Shown: positions 25,087-36,514 of the stretch, in pieces
Numbering within the stretch: the first letter of the stretch is position 1
How the letters are laid out: each line of letters begins with the position of its first letter
NCBI GenBank assembly: GCA_013265495.1
Contig: MU057711.1
Location: 1,364,001-1,428,000 of the forward strand
Direction: 5' to 3'
Origin: Vicugna vicugna
Lineage: Eukaryota
DNA: 64,000 nt
Program-made: the position numbers and the translations under genes
Notes under the pieces: model-generated
What the model saw: the letters and a program-made list of their open reading frames with translations, nothing else
What the model was told of the DNA's origin: nothing
Databases searched by the model: none

Positions 25087-25714
25087 AAAATTTTTTAATA
25101 AAATACCAAAAAAATGTTTCAAAAAAGAATATTGTTAGAGAAATCCATTACTAACCTGTAAAATGTAAATTAAACTTTAAGTCAGGAAAAAAAATCACCA
25201 TTTTATGGATAAGTATATCAAGGCACAAAGTGATTACATGCTTTTCTTGTTTGGGTTAAACTGGTGTTTATTAAATTAATTCCTTCACTTAATCTTTTCT
25301 TCCTCAAAAATGGTCAATGACTTCTGAAACTCCTTATCTTTTCTCTGATTTGTGCCTATATTAAATTTTCAGATTTATTTCCTGCCACTTGTCTCCTTCA
25401 CATGTCCCTGTCTTTTGCTAAAGTGTTATCTCACTATTAACAAGACACAACTCATGTTTTCTGGCCTCCACAACTTTGTCTTGCTGTTCTCTCTACCTAT
25501 ACTGCCATTTAAAATGGTGAGAGATTTGTAGCACCTAATTGATAATTCTTATTATTTACCAATCATATTCTGCCTTATGGCATAATTATGTATGAACTTT
25601 ATTTTCCAATTGAACTGTGAATTGATGGGTGTGTCCATGTCTTAGTCCCCTGTATATCCCTCTCATTATGCACAGGGCTGACAGTTAACGTGTATGGCAG
25701 AGGATGTGAGAGCC

Positions 25715-26070
25715 CATATCTGTCCATGTGCTCTGCTACACTTCCCAGACTCCCTTGCAGCTTGGCAGGGTCACATGATTGGATTTTGGCCAATAAAATG
25801 TGGGTAACAGTCATGCAAGTCACTTCCAAGGTGAGCCCTTAGCCCTTTCTTTCCCCACCACCATGGTCTGGGGACCCCTTGCTCTGATGACATAGCTACA
25901 AGATAGGAATGGCCTGGATCCCTGCATCACCACCTGGAGTAGAACTGTGTGGGAAATCCATCCAACCCACACAGGGCTTTGTATGAGTGAGGCATAACCC
26001 TCTCTTGGGTCAAGCTACTGAGTTTGAGAGGTTTCTGTTGCAGGAGCCAGCAATAACTACTTTCCTAATA
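25715..26070 (+). mobile_element. MaLR LTR (MLT1-type)
   Basis: CTACACTTCCCAGACTCCCTTGCAGCTTGGCAGGGTCACATGATTGGATTTTGGCCAAT...AAGCTACTGAGTTTGAGAGGTTTCTGTTGCAGGAGC. Confidence 0.75.
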
Positions 26071-29000
26071 GAGGTGATGTCTCATACCTGCTTGTTGAAT
26101 GAATTAACACCCAAGAGACAAACAATAGACATGTTGGACATGTATTTGGCTGAATGGTGTTGCTTTGGATAACATATCTTACTTCTATTCACATATCTCC
26201 AGAAAGAGGAGGAAATGTCCTGCCAAAGGCAAACCACAAAAAAAAAAAAAAGTGATCTGCTTTGTGTTGCTATCATCAGCGCTTAAAGTCTACAAATACA
26301 TCTCTCTTCTCCTTTAAAAAAATGCTTTATTTGTAATCAAGAAAATAAAGCAACAGTGAGAAAATATTTAACCATTAAATTGGCAAGATTGCCATTAATG
26401 CCATTTGCCATTAAATTGGCAAAATTACAAAGTCTTAAGATAATAAAAATATTTTCTACTTTTAAAGTACAGAGGATTCCAGTTTTGGGTAACTGCCCAA
26501 TAATTCTATCCTAACTTGGACGCTACTTGGACCCATCAGCTGTGAATTACTTTATGCATCAGATATGTCTGTATTGCTTTATTCCTTGCACATGGGGTGA
26601 TTCCAGATTTGAGGCTGCAAACCAATGTGGGGCTGTGAAAATCCTCTGTTGTAAAATCCATAAGTTTGTAAATTCTCTGTTCTGTATTTTTCCTTTGGTG
26701 CTGGGGAAGAGTATTTAATGTCATTTCTTTCTAGGCTACACTAAATCCCAATAGGAAATCTCTGGATGATTAGAAGTGAGCCTTTCTCTCTGGAATAGCT
26801 CCAAGTCTATCTTCAGAGTAATCATGGCTCATCTTGCAATGGCCCATTACACACTTCCTCATACCCAGGGAGCAGGTCTTCTTTTAATGTCTTGTTAGCT
26901 TGGAAAGAAACCAGAAGGAGGGATTCCTGGGGACTGCCTCATTCTGGGCTTCTCACACTTGATCAATTCTTAGTTCATGAGTCCTCAGAGGTCAAGGTTG
27001 GTCCATTAACACTCCATCTGGAATCCAGGAAACAATTAGAAGTGTTTTGAACCTGAGCTCCTTTGAATAAAGGACTTGGACTTGGACTAGTATGAGGGTG
27101 GGATGGAGAGATTGTTGAATGAATGAATGAATAACTATAACAGCATATCATATCAGTTTAATGTTTTGCAGTTCACAGCCACTTTGGACCTATCCTTTCA
27201 TTTATGTCTCATGGCCACCATGTTCACAGCTAGACTAGGACTTAAACTTCTCGCCACCGTCTTGGAGATCCCCAATAACCTCACCCTGCCCACCTCTCTG
27301 GCTTATCCTCTGCAAATCTTCTCCTAGCCCTCAACTAGGCAGCCACCCTGAGCAGATTCCTCACTCAACACCTTAACCTGGGGAGTTCTCTCTGATAGTC
27401 ACAGGGTTCACTTCTTGGCTCAAATGTCACTTCTTCAGAGAGGCCTTTCCTGCCCATTCTTTCTAAAAGAGCACTCTCCATTCTTTGATACTCACTTCAG
27501 TCTACATTTACTCATCTGTAAAAGAAGGATGACAATAGTACATAACTGTTGCAAGAATTAAATGTAATGATTGATGTAAAATGTTTAACCCAGGGCAGAT
27601 CCATAATGAGTGATCAACAAATATTTGATACTGTGAATGCTCTTATTGGTGTTCTCTTTCCTTCCAACAGCTCTGCTTTTATAGCTTCTGCTTTGGCCAA
27701 ATAGACTCCCCAGGACTTGATGGCAAGTTTCAGGTGGGGAGAATTTCCACCCCCTACTAGTGTTATAAAATGGGAATGAAGGAGGCCAGGGGGCAACCAG
27801 GATGTAAAGACCACTTGGCATGTGTCAAAGACATTATGGTTTCTGAAGCCATTCCAACTTTGTCATCAGATCCTTACAGCATCACTTAGAGGGTGTTTCA
27901 ATGGGGGAAATCATTCTCTCTTAGTAGATGATGCAAATGAAACCCAGAGAAGAAAAACAATTGGCCAAAGGCCCCACAGCCTAAGGAAAGAACAGGGAAC
28001 ACAAACCTCCAACCAAAAGAGATCTGAGTCTCTGAGTAACATTTTTTCTAGAAAACTAACTCCCCTTGGCATGATTCTCACTCTGCTTTCCCCAGAGCTA
28101 CATCTGGGGCAGAGGAGAAGTTGTGTCATCAGCCAGGCTGGGGCAACCGGGAGACGCATGGTTCTGAGTTCTTTCCCAAGGACGGTGCACGCGCTCACAC
28201 ACGCGCCAGACCAGCATCATGTCAATATAAACGTCTTTAACATTGGTGTTTTCTTTTCTTCTGAAAATCATATTACTCACTAACTGTATTGATTGCAGTC
28301 ATGTTTGTATTGGCGGAAAAGTAATTATCTCTTCGGAGTCGTCTGTGCGGAGGTAGCACAGGGGCTGAGGAAGCCAAGATATTAGCCAGTTCACCAGCAG
28401 GCGCATCTTTATTAGCGACAACATCTCACGTCAAAATTCCTATTTCTGAGCAATATTAGCTGTAAGGTTGACATTGACACCCTGTGGCTTGTTGACTATG
28501 CAGAGACCAACCCGAAGGCTCTGAAGGCACAGTCCAAGCATTCTCTAAGAGGCACCCTGCACGAGGGGCATAAAGGAGGGGTGGAGATGGAAGTACACCG
28601 GCAGGCAGACTGTCCTTAGTAAGGTGGGCTCTCTTCGTCACTGGGACCGTTCCAGCTGAGCTCCATGGCCTGAGAGTCATGCTACAGGGAGGAGCAGGGC
28701 AGGAAGTTAGATCTCTATGCTGTCTCTTAATCTTGCGGTTCTCTGAAACTAAGATCTACAATGGTGATTCTGGATCTGCACATACAGCCAAAGGTCCGTG
28801 GGACCCACTCAAACGGTCCTCACAGAAACTTTAATAAATATAGAACATTTTCTAGAATCTATCATCAGAATTCCCAGCGTGGGTCTCACCTAGTCCTTTC
28901 TCATATAGAGTCAGTGCCTGCCTCTTGGGTACTATCCCCCGTTGTCTGCCAACCCATTCCATGGAGAATTAGGAGCAAGACTCCACCCTCCATCCAAATA

Positions 29001-29169
29001 CCCTCCTTTGGATATTCGAGGACCGTGATCCCGCTCCCCCAAGTCACACGTCTTTCTATTGAGACTTAACAGATGGGACAGACACTGGTTTGTCTTCCCG
29101 GGCCCCCATCCAATGGGTAAGTGTCTTTTCGTAAAACTCTGTGTTGTCCACAGAGGAATAAAAGTTATT

Positions 29170-29570
29170 TTACTTATACAGTTATTCAACAAAGATTCAT
29201 TGAGCACACACTGTGTATCAGGCACTCTGCTCGGTGCTGGGGCTCTACTGCACAGCAAAGCAGACAGAATCTCTGCTCTCAAGGGGCCGCCAGTTGGGAA
29301 GTGGACAACCAGAGAATTACCAAAACGAAGGCATGATTACAACTGCAACTAAGTGCTCTGAAGGAAAGAGTAAGAGTGCATGGAGTGTATAACAAGAGGG
29401 CCCGCCTTGGTCTGGTAGGCATGACATCTGAGCTAAGAGGTTTAGAGATTAAATAGAAGTTATCCAGGAAAACAGGAGTGGAGGAGGACAGCCCCAGGAA
29501 AAGTAACTTCAAGAGACAAGACTGAGCCATCAAAGAAGGGAAAATAAGGCCAGTGTGTCTGGAGCAGATC
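29170..29570 (-). mobile_element. L2 3' end
   Basis: TATTCAACAAAGATTCATTGAGCACACACTGTGTATCAGGCACTCTGCT... Confidence 0.75.
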
Positions 29571-29604
29571 TAGGGTCCTCCCTGTGTGGCCTAGAAGGGT
29601 ACTA

Positions 29605-30090
29605 GCTACAGATGCCAGAGACAGAACCCAATTCAATCTGATTTAAGAAAAAAAGAGACAGTAGCAACTCATACAATGGAGAGTCAGGCAGAGGATCTAA
29701 TTTGAGGCTGAACTTGACCTGAGTGTACAGACCAGGCCAGAGGGATGACTGACTGTCTTCCCACCCCATCTCTGCTTTCCTCCTCATTGGCTTCATTCTC
29801 AGGCCAGGGGACCAATATGGCCACCAGCAACTCCACACCCACTTCCCACTAGCTGACCCACCCCCAAGGAAAGGCCACCTTTTCATTTTAAATTGCAAGA
29901 TTGATTCTTATTAACTTAAGTTGGTTGTAGTTACAACAGTCCAACTGGTCAGTTCTGGCACTGGGAGGATGGTATCACTCCCCTAGAGTCCACAGGCATT
30001 GAGTAGAGGAGGCATGGTTCCCCTGGAGGAAGAGATGCTGCTGAGACCCACAGGGAGGGGGAAGAGAGGGTGAGAACACTGATGTCCACT
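29605..30090 (-). mobile_element. MaLR LTR (MLT1K-like)
   Basis: GAGACAGAACCCAATTCAATCTGATTTAAG...TTGGCTTCATTCTCAGGC...ATGGCCACCAGCAACTCCA. Confidence 0.65.
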
Positions 30091-31051
30091 ATCAACCGCT
30101 TCCGAGTGCCAAGGATAATGCTTCTACGGTCAGAGTGGGGATTGTTGGGCAAGTCCACTCACAGCCCTTTTCTCCTTTTCTAGAGACCTGAGGGGTTATA
30201 GTCCCTTCTCCAAAGTACTGCTCCACCCCATTTCTGCTGGATGGCAGCACATCCCCCCAGAAGAGTTTATTCCTAAGAGTTCTCATCAGAATATCTTCTC
30301 ACACTGAAGGAACTGTCCGTCACAGTGGAGTTCCATATTGTGGGGAGGTGGAACGTGGGAGTGCCCACTCTAACAGCCAGTCGCTGGCTCCGGGATATGA
30401 GCGCAGCCTAATGAGCTGCCTATGACAAGGGAACTGCAGTGAGAAGGCGGATAACAGGCAAAGGGGTGGTGATGGAGAGTTGACGGTTTGGGACAAGTGG
30501 AAATATTGATCCAGGCCAAGGTGAAATGAAGGCATGCACTATTTAAAAGCGGGCATCACCCTGTGTCTTACAAATGAGCTGAAGAATGAATTAATACATA
30601 AAGAAGCAAAGGCTGATGTGAGGCAAAATTTCTTTATGGAGAAAGCATCCTTGAGACACAGTAGAAAGGGAAGATGATTTGGGAGGACAAAGAGCAAAGG
30701 ACTTCTCATTTGGAGTCTGTTTTCTTATTCCCTCTGGCACGGGGTTCACAGGGACCTCTTGCAGTCCCCTCTTGGATGAAGCAGGGGACAGAAGCTTTCA
30801 GATCAGACAAATAGGGAATTAAGCCCAAAAGCTGTCATCTACAAGCTGGATGACCCAAGCAAACTGCTCAAATCTGTCCTCTCAGTTTTCTTATCTGTAC
30901 AGTGGGTAAACTCCGAGTTTTTACCGTAACAATACTGATGATTAAGTGAAATTATGTATGTAAAATAGCAGACACAAAATTGGTAGGTATTCAGTACATA
31001 TTGCTTCTCCCCACATGGATAAGGGGATAATAACTTACATTTGTTCAGCGC

Positions 31052-31113
31052 TGTGTTTGTGGGAGAGCGTGAGCTCCACGTCCTTCCATTCCACCATCTT
31101 GAAGCCCCTCCCC
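31052..31113 (-). mobile_element. Isolated L1 5'-UTR tip flanked by a 22-bp direct repeat
   Basis: Minus strand GGGGAGGGGCTTCAAGATGGTGGAATGGAAGGACGTGGAGCTCACGCTCTCCCACAAACACA resembles cetartiodactyl L1 5' starts (YY1-type CAAGATGG); repeats at 31027-31048 and 31125-31146 match 20/22. Confidence 0.75.
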
Positions 31114-31212
31114 AGTTCAATATTATAATAACTTACACTTGCTCAGGATCATCGTAATATATATTAGGTTATATCAGTGCAAAGAATTTTCACTTACGGT
31201 TTTTAAACATAA

Positions 31213-31751
31213 TGTACTGATAGAAAATTTGAGGTCTTATAAGGCCAACAGATCAGGAGATGACTACCACTGAAAAGTGAGTTTGTTACAGTTTCCAAGA
31301 GCAGGGGGCACACCACACCACGGGGGGGGGGGCACATGGAAAGCACTGGGTCCAGTCGAGAGCCACGGGGAGAGAGGGACATGGTGGCCAGGGCCTTCAT
31401 TGTATTTTCGCAAGAAAGAATGAACAAGCCAAATATTCAGGTTTAGGGTTTCCTAATTTGAATGATTTCAGTGGACCCTGGTGGGTAGGGGCTGTTCAGT
31501 TGTCTGTCATCTGACCCTTGAGTGATTAGGGCAGGAAGATGGTAGCCTGGGGTGTGGGAACTTAGTTAAGGAGATGGTTTAAGATGTGGGCTCTGGGTGG
31601 GTTGGTTTATATTTGAAAATCAAGCCCCCCTAAGAGAGCCATTTCCTACCTCTAGGAATTGGCTGACCCTGGGTGGGGCAGTCCCCCAAGGCCAGCAAGG
31701 CCCAGATGTCAAAGCAACAGAATACAGAAAATAAAAGCCCTGGTTAAGACA
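31213..31751 (-). mobile_element. ERVL solo LTR (MER54/MER74-like)
   Basis: TG...CA termini; minus strand begins TGTCTTAACCAGGGCTTTTATTTTCTGTATTCTGTTGCTTTGACATCTGGGCCTTGCTG. Confidence 0.7.
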
Positions 31752-32096
31752 CTAACATCCCTTCACTGACTCTTCACAAGAGGTCTGTGAGGGATGCATT
31801 GTTTTATTTAGATTATCTTTATTATTTATATCTTATTGCTTAGCAATTTTACTATTAATTATTATGATCATTGGGCAATTTTACCATAGAAGTTAAGAGT
31901 GGGTTCTGGGGCCAGACTGCTTGGGTTTGTATTGGGTCATCTTGGCTCAAATAATTTGCCATTTACTGTACTCTATTTCCTCATCTTTGGGTTGGAGATA
32001 AAGGCAAACACCTCGCAGAATTGTTATAAGGCTTAAAGGAGTTCATAACATAAAGTGGTAGAGCAGTACCTGATACATTAGCTTTCTTTCTAAAAA

Positions 32097-32252
32097 TTTT
32101 TTAAACATTTTATTTTTTTTCTTTTTTGGGGGCAGGCAGGGGGCAATTAGATTTATTTATTTATGTATTTTTTAATGGAGGTACTGGGGACTGAACTCAG
32201 GGCATTGTACATGCTAAGCACACACTCTACCAATGAGCTATACCTTCTCCCC
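32097..32252 (-). mobile_element. tRNA-derived SINE (camelid Vic-1-like)
   Basis: Minus strand GGGGAGAAGGTATAGCTCATTGGTAGAGTGTGTGCTTAGCATGTACAATGCCCTGAGTTCAGTCCCCAGTACCTCC (A/B boxes) followed by an A-rich tail. Confidence 0.88.
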
Positions 32253-32269
32253 AAGAGTTAGCTTTTATT

Positions 32270-35200
32270 ACAACAAACAAAATAGAAATACAGAATATCA
32301 TACAAGAATATTATGAAAAACTATATGGAACCAAACTGGATAACCTAGAGGAGATGGACAAGTTTCTGGAAACATACTGTCCACCAAAACTGAATCAAGA
32401 AGAAACTGAACACTTGAACAATCCGATCACTAGAAAGGAAATAGAAATAGCAATTAAAAACCTCCCTACAAATAAAAGTCCAGGACCGGATGGCTTCACC
32501 GGGGAATTCTACCAAACATACAAAGAAGAACTCGTACCAGTCCTTCTCAAACTCTTCCAGACGATTGAAAAGGAGGGAATACTCCCAAACTCATTCTATG
32601 AAGCCACCATCACCCTGATACCAAAACCAGGCAAAGACACTACAAAAAAAGAGAATTATAGGCCAATATCACTGATGAACATAGACGCCAAAATCCTCAC
32701 CAAAATTTTAGCAAATAGAATCCAACAACACATAAAAAAGATTATACATCATGACCAAGTGGGGTTCATCCCAGGGACACAAGGCTGGTTCAACATACGC
32801 AAATCAATCAATGTAATACATCACATCAACAAGAGAAAGGACAAAAACCACATGATCATCTCAATCGATGCAGAAAAAGCATTTGATAAAATTCAACACC
32901 CATTTATGATAAAAACTCTCGCCAAAGTGGGTATAGAGGGAACATATCTCAACATAATAAAAGCTATATATGACAAACCTATAGCCAGCATAGTTCTCAA
33001 CGGTGAAAAACTCAAAAGCTTCCCACTAAAATCTGGGACAAGACAAGGATGCCCACTATCACCACTCCTATTCAATATAGTCCTGGAAGTCCTAGCCACA
33101 GCAATCAGGCAAGAGAAAGAAATAAAAGGGATCCAAATTGGAAAAGAAGAGGTAAAAGTGTCATTATATGCTGACGACATGTTACTATATATAGAAAACC
33201 CTAAAAGGTCCACAAAAAAGCTACTAGAGCTGATCGAAGAATTCAGCAAGGTAGCAGGTTACAAAATTAATGTTCAAAAATCAGTTGCCTTTCTTTACAC
33301 TAACGATAAATCAACAGAAAAAGAAAGTAAAGAAACAATCCCCTTTAAAATAGCACCCAAAGTAATAAAATATCTGGGAATAAATCTAACCAAGGAGGCG
33401 AAAGAATTATACACAGAAAACTATAAACCATTGATGAAGGAAATTAAAGAAGACTTTAAAAAATGGAAAGATATTCCATGCTCTTGGATTGGAAGAATCA
33501 ATATTGTTAAAATGGTCACACTGCCCAAGGCAATCTACAGATTTAATGCAATCCCTATCCAATTACCCAGGACATATTTCACAGAACTAGAACAAATCAT
33601 AATAAAATTTATATGGAACCATCAAAGACCTAGAATTGCTAAAGCATTACTGAAGAGAAAGAAAGAGGCTGGAGGAATAACTCTCCCAGACTTCAGACAA
33701 TACTATAGAGCTACAGTCATCAAGACAGCATGGTATTGGTACCAAAACAGACATATAGACCAATGGAACAGAATAGAGAGCCCAGAAATGAACCCACAAA
33801 CTTTTGGTCAACTCATCTTCGACAAAGGAGGCAAGAATATACAATGGAATAAAGACAGTCTCTTCAGCAAATGGTGTTGGGAAAACTGGACAGCAGCATG
33901 TAAAACAATGAAGCTAGAACACACCCTTACACCATATACAAAAATCAACTCAAAATGGATTAAAGACTTAAACATAAGACAAGATACAATAAACCTCCTA
34001 GAGGAAAACATAGGCAAAACATTATCTGACATACATTTCAAAAATTTTCTCCTAGAAGAAATAAAAGCAAGAATAAACAAATGGGACCTAATGAAACTTA
34101 CAAGCTTCTGCAGAGCAAAGGAAACCAGAAATAAAACAAGAAGAAAACCTACGGAATGGGAGAAAATTTTTGCAAGTGAAACCGACAAAGGCTTGATCTC
34201 CAAAATATATAAGCAGCTCATACGACTCAATAAGAAAAAAATAAACAACCCAATCCAAAAATGGGCAGAAGACCTAAACAAGCAATTCTCCAAGGAAGAC
34301 ATACAAATGATCAAAAAGCACATGAAAAAATGTTCAATATCACTAATTATCAGAGAAATGCAAATCAAAACTACAATGAGGTATCACCTCACACCAGTCA
34401 GAATGGCCGTCATTCAAAAATCCAAAAATGACAAATGCTGGAGAGGCTGTGGAGAAAGGGGAACCCTCCTACACTGCTGGTGGGAATGCAGTTTGGTGCA
34501 GCCACTATGGAAAACAGTGTGGAGATTCCTCAAAAGACTAGGAATAGACTTACCATATGACCCAGGAATCCCACTCCTGGGCTTGTACCCAGAAGAAAAT
34601 CTACTTCAGGATGACACCTGCACTCCAATGTTCATAGCAATATTTACAATATTTACAATATTTTGGCAATATTTACAATAGCCAAAACATGGAAACAGCC
34701 TAAATGTCCATCAACATGTGACTGGATAAAGAAGAGGTGGTATATTTATACAATGGAATACTACTCAGCCATAAAAACCGACAACATAATGCCATTTGCA
34801 GCAACATGGATGCTCCTGGAGAATGTCATTCTAAGTGAAGTAAGCCACAAAGAGAAAGAAAAATACCATATGAGATCGCTCATATGTGAAATCTAAAAAA
34901 CAAAAACAAACAAACAAACAAAAACAAAGCATAAATACAGGACAGAAATAGACTCATGGACAGAGAATACAGACTTGTGGTTACCAGGGGGGTAGAGGGT
35001 GGGAAGGGATAGACTGGGATTTCAAAATTGTAGAATAGATAAACAAGATTACACTGTATAGCACAGGGAAATATACACAAAATGTTATGATAAATCACAG
35101 AGAAAAAAATGTGACAATGAGTGTGTATATGTTCATGAATGATTGAAAAATTGTGCTGAACACTGGAATTTGACACAACATTGTAAAATGATTATAAATC

Positions 35201-35296
35201 AATAAAAAATGTTAAAAAACAGATAAGTCATAGATTGGGGGAAAATATTTGCAAATCATGTATTCAATAAAGAACTTGTAACCAACTGAAAAAAAA
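32270..35296 (+). mobile_element. Young 5'-truncated LINE-1 (~2.95 kb) with 3' transduction and 17-bp TSD
   Basis: ORF2 homology from the 5' junction; 3' UTR ends near 35219; poly(A) 35289-35298; TSD AAGAGTTAGCT(T/A)TTATT at 32253-32269 and 35297-35313. Confidence 0.96.
32354..34896 (+). pseudogene. L1 ORF2 (reverse transcriptase and C-terminal CCHC region), lacking the endonuclease and frameshifted near 34640-34669
   Basis: 775-aa ORF with [26 protein letters not shown] (33167-33178) and [18 protein letters not shown]; the C-terminus (AKTWKQPKCPS...YHMRSLICEI) continues in another frame, ORF 34663-34896. Confidence 0.95.
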
Positions 35297-36514
35297 AAGA
35301 GTTAGCTATTATTTATACACACTTTGCAGATGGATAAAGTGAGGTTTGGAGGTGGTGTGATCTGCTCTGATGATGTCAGGATTAGAAGGCTGCTTTCCTG
35401 CCTCCTGAGCCAGAAGCCACAATGCTCTCCTCATCTTAGCTCTGGGATTTTTGTCTCCAGGGCCCACTGTGTGACTGTCGGAGGCTCCCCATCCACAGGG
35501 TGGCCCAGCTCCCCTGCCTGAGGAAAGCAAAGAGTAGATCAGAGGTCCTGTATGGTGAGTTGCTGTGTCTGCAGCTACTTTTAACCACTCTGCTTCCCCA
35601 GTGGCTTAAGTAGCAGTAGACCTTGGCTCTAATCTAGGATCCCTCAGCCACTAACTCTCTGGGTTCCCTTTGAGGAAATTTCTGCCCTTCTCTAAGCCTC
35701 AGTTTCCTCAACAGAACTAGCAGCCCCCAAACAGTCCTCCTGCCTCTCAGTCTGGGATGCTGTATGCTGGTTATTGGCACCATCCCTGTCTGTCTCCTAA
35801 GTCCTGTCTAGGGTCGAAGAGTGGAATGTTTTCCTGTTCTTTTAATGATGCCTCACATTGTCAGCAGAGTAGAGGGCTGGGCTTGCAGGCTCCCACTTGC
35901 CTCGAGGCAGTTGGTCCATTCCTGCGCCGCCAAGTGCTCCGAATTCAGCCAGTTAAGCTGCAAAAGCCACAACACAGACATGGCTCTCAGGGGCCCCTTA
36001 TGAATGGCTCTGCTGTGTAGCATAATGGGGGGCTTCCCAAGCATCACCGGAACTACGATGAAAGACAAAAGCACTGAGCTATCTCAGTCCCCTCCCCCTT
36101 GACCCATTAGCCAGCCAAATGGGTGTTTTTGGCAATGATTAGACTCAGCTTTGTTAGGTTTTATTGGTTCTCTTTGCTGTTTTCCCCCAAATGGGTCATA
36201 ATATCGGGTTCTCAGGAGTTTGCATCTCAGGCAAAAATGGATACATGTCAAGTGCAAGAGGGAGGCCTAATAAATACTAAATTCATAAAAGGGCTTTACA
36301 TAAACCCTCCGAGGTGTCTCAGAGAGAAATTGGGAAGGAAATTGCTGAACAGGAAGGCGTAAGCTCTCACTGGCTACCAGCTCAAACAATAGACATTGCC
36401 AGGACAGTACAGGGCAATATGGCTGCTGACAGAGGTGACAATTTTAGGCTGCATCGAATGGAGTAGAGTGACCTGTTCAAGGGAGGTCATGGCCCCACTG
36501 TTCTCTGACTGTCT

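Noticed and set aside
27822..28283. 153-aa ORF
   Set aside because: Non-ATG start, overlap with MIR-like sequence and no protein-like features.
32354..34681. 775-aa ORF as an active or novel reverse transcriptase system
   Set aside because: It is standard L1 ORF2 lacking promoter, ORF1 and endonuclease, with a C-terminal frameshift, so it cannot be autonomous.
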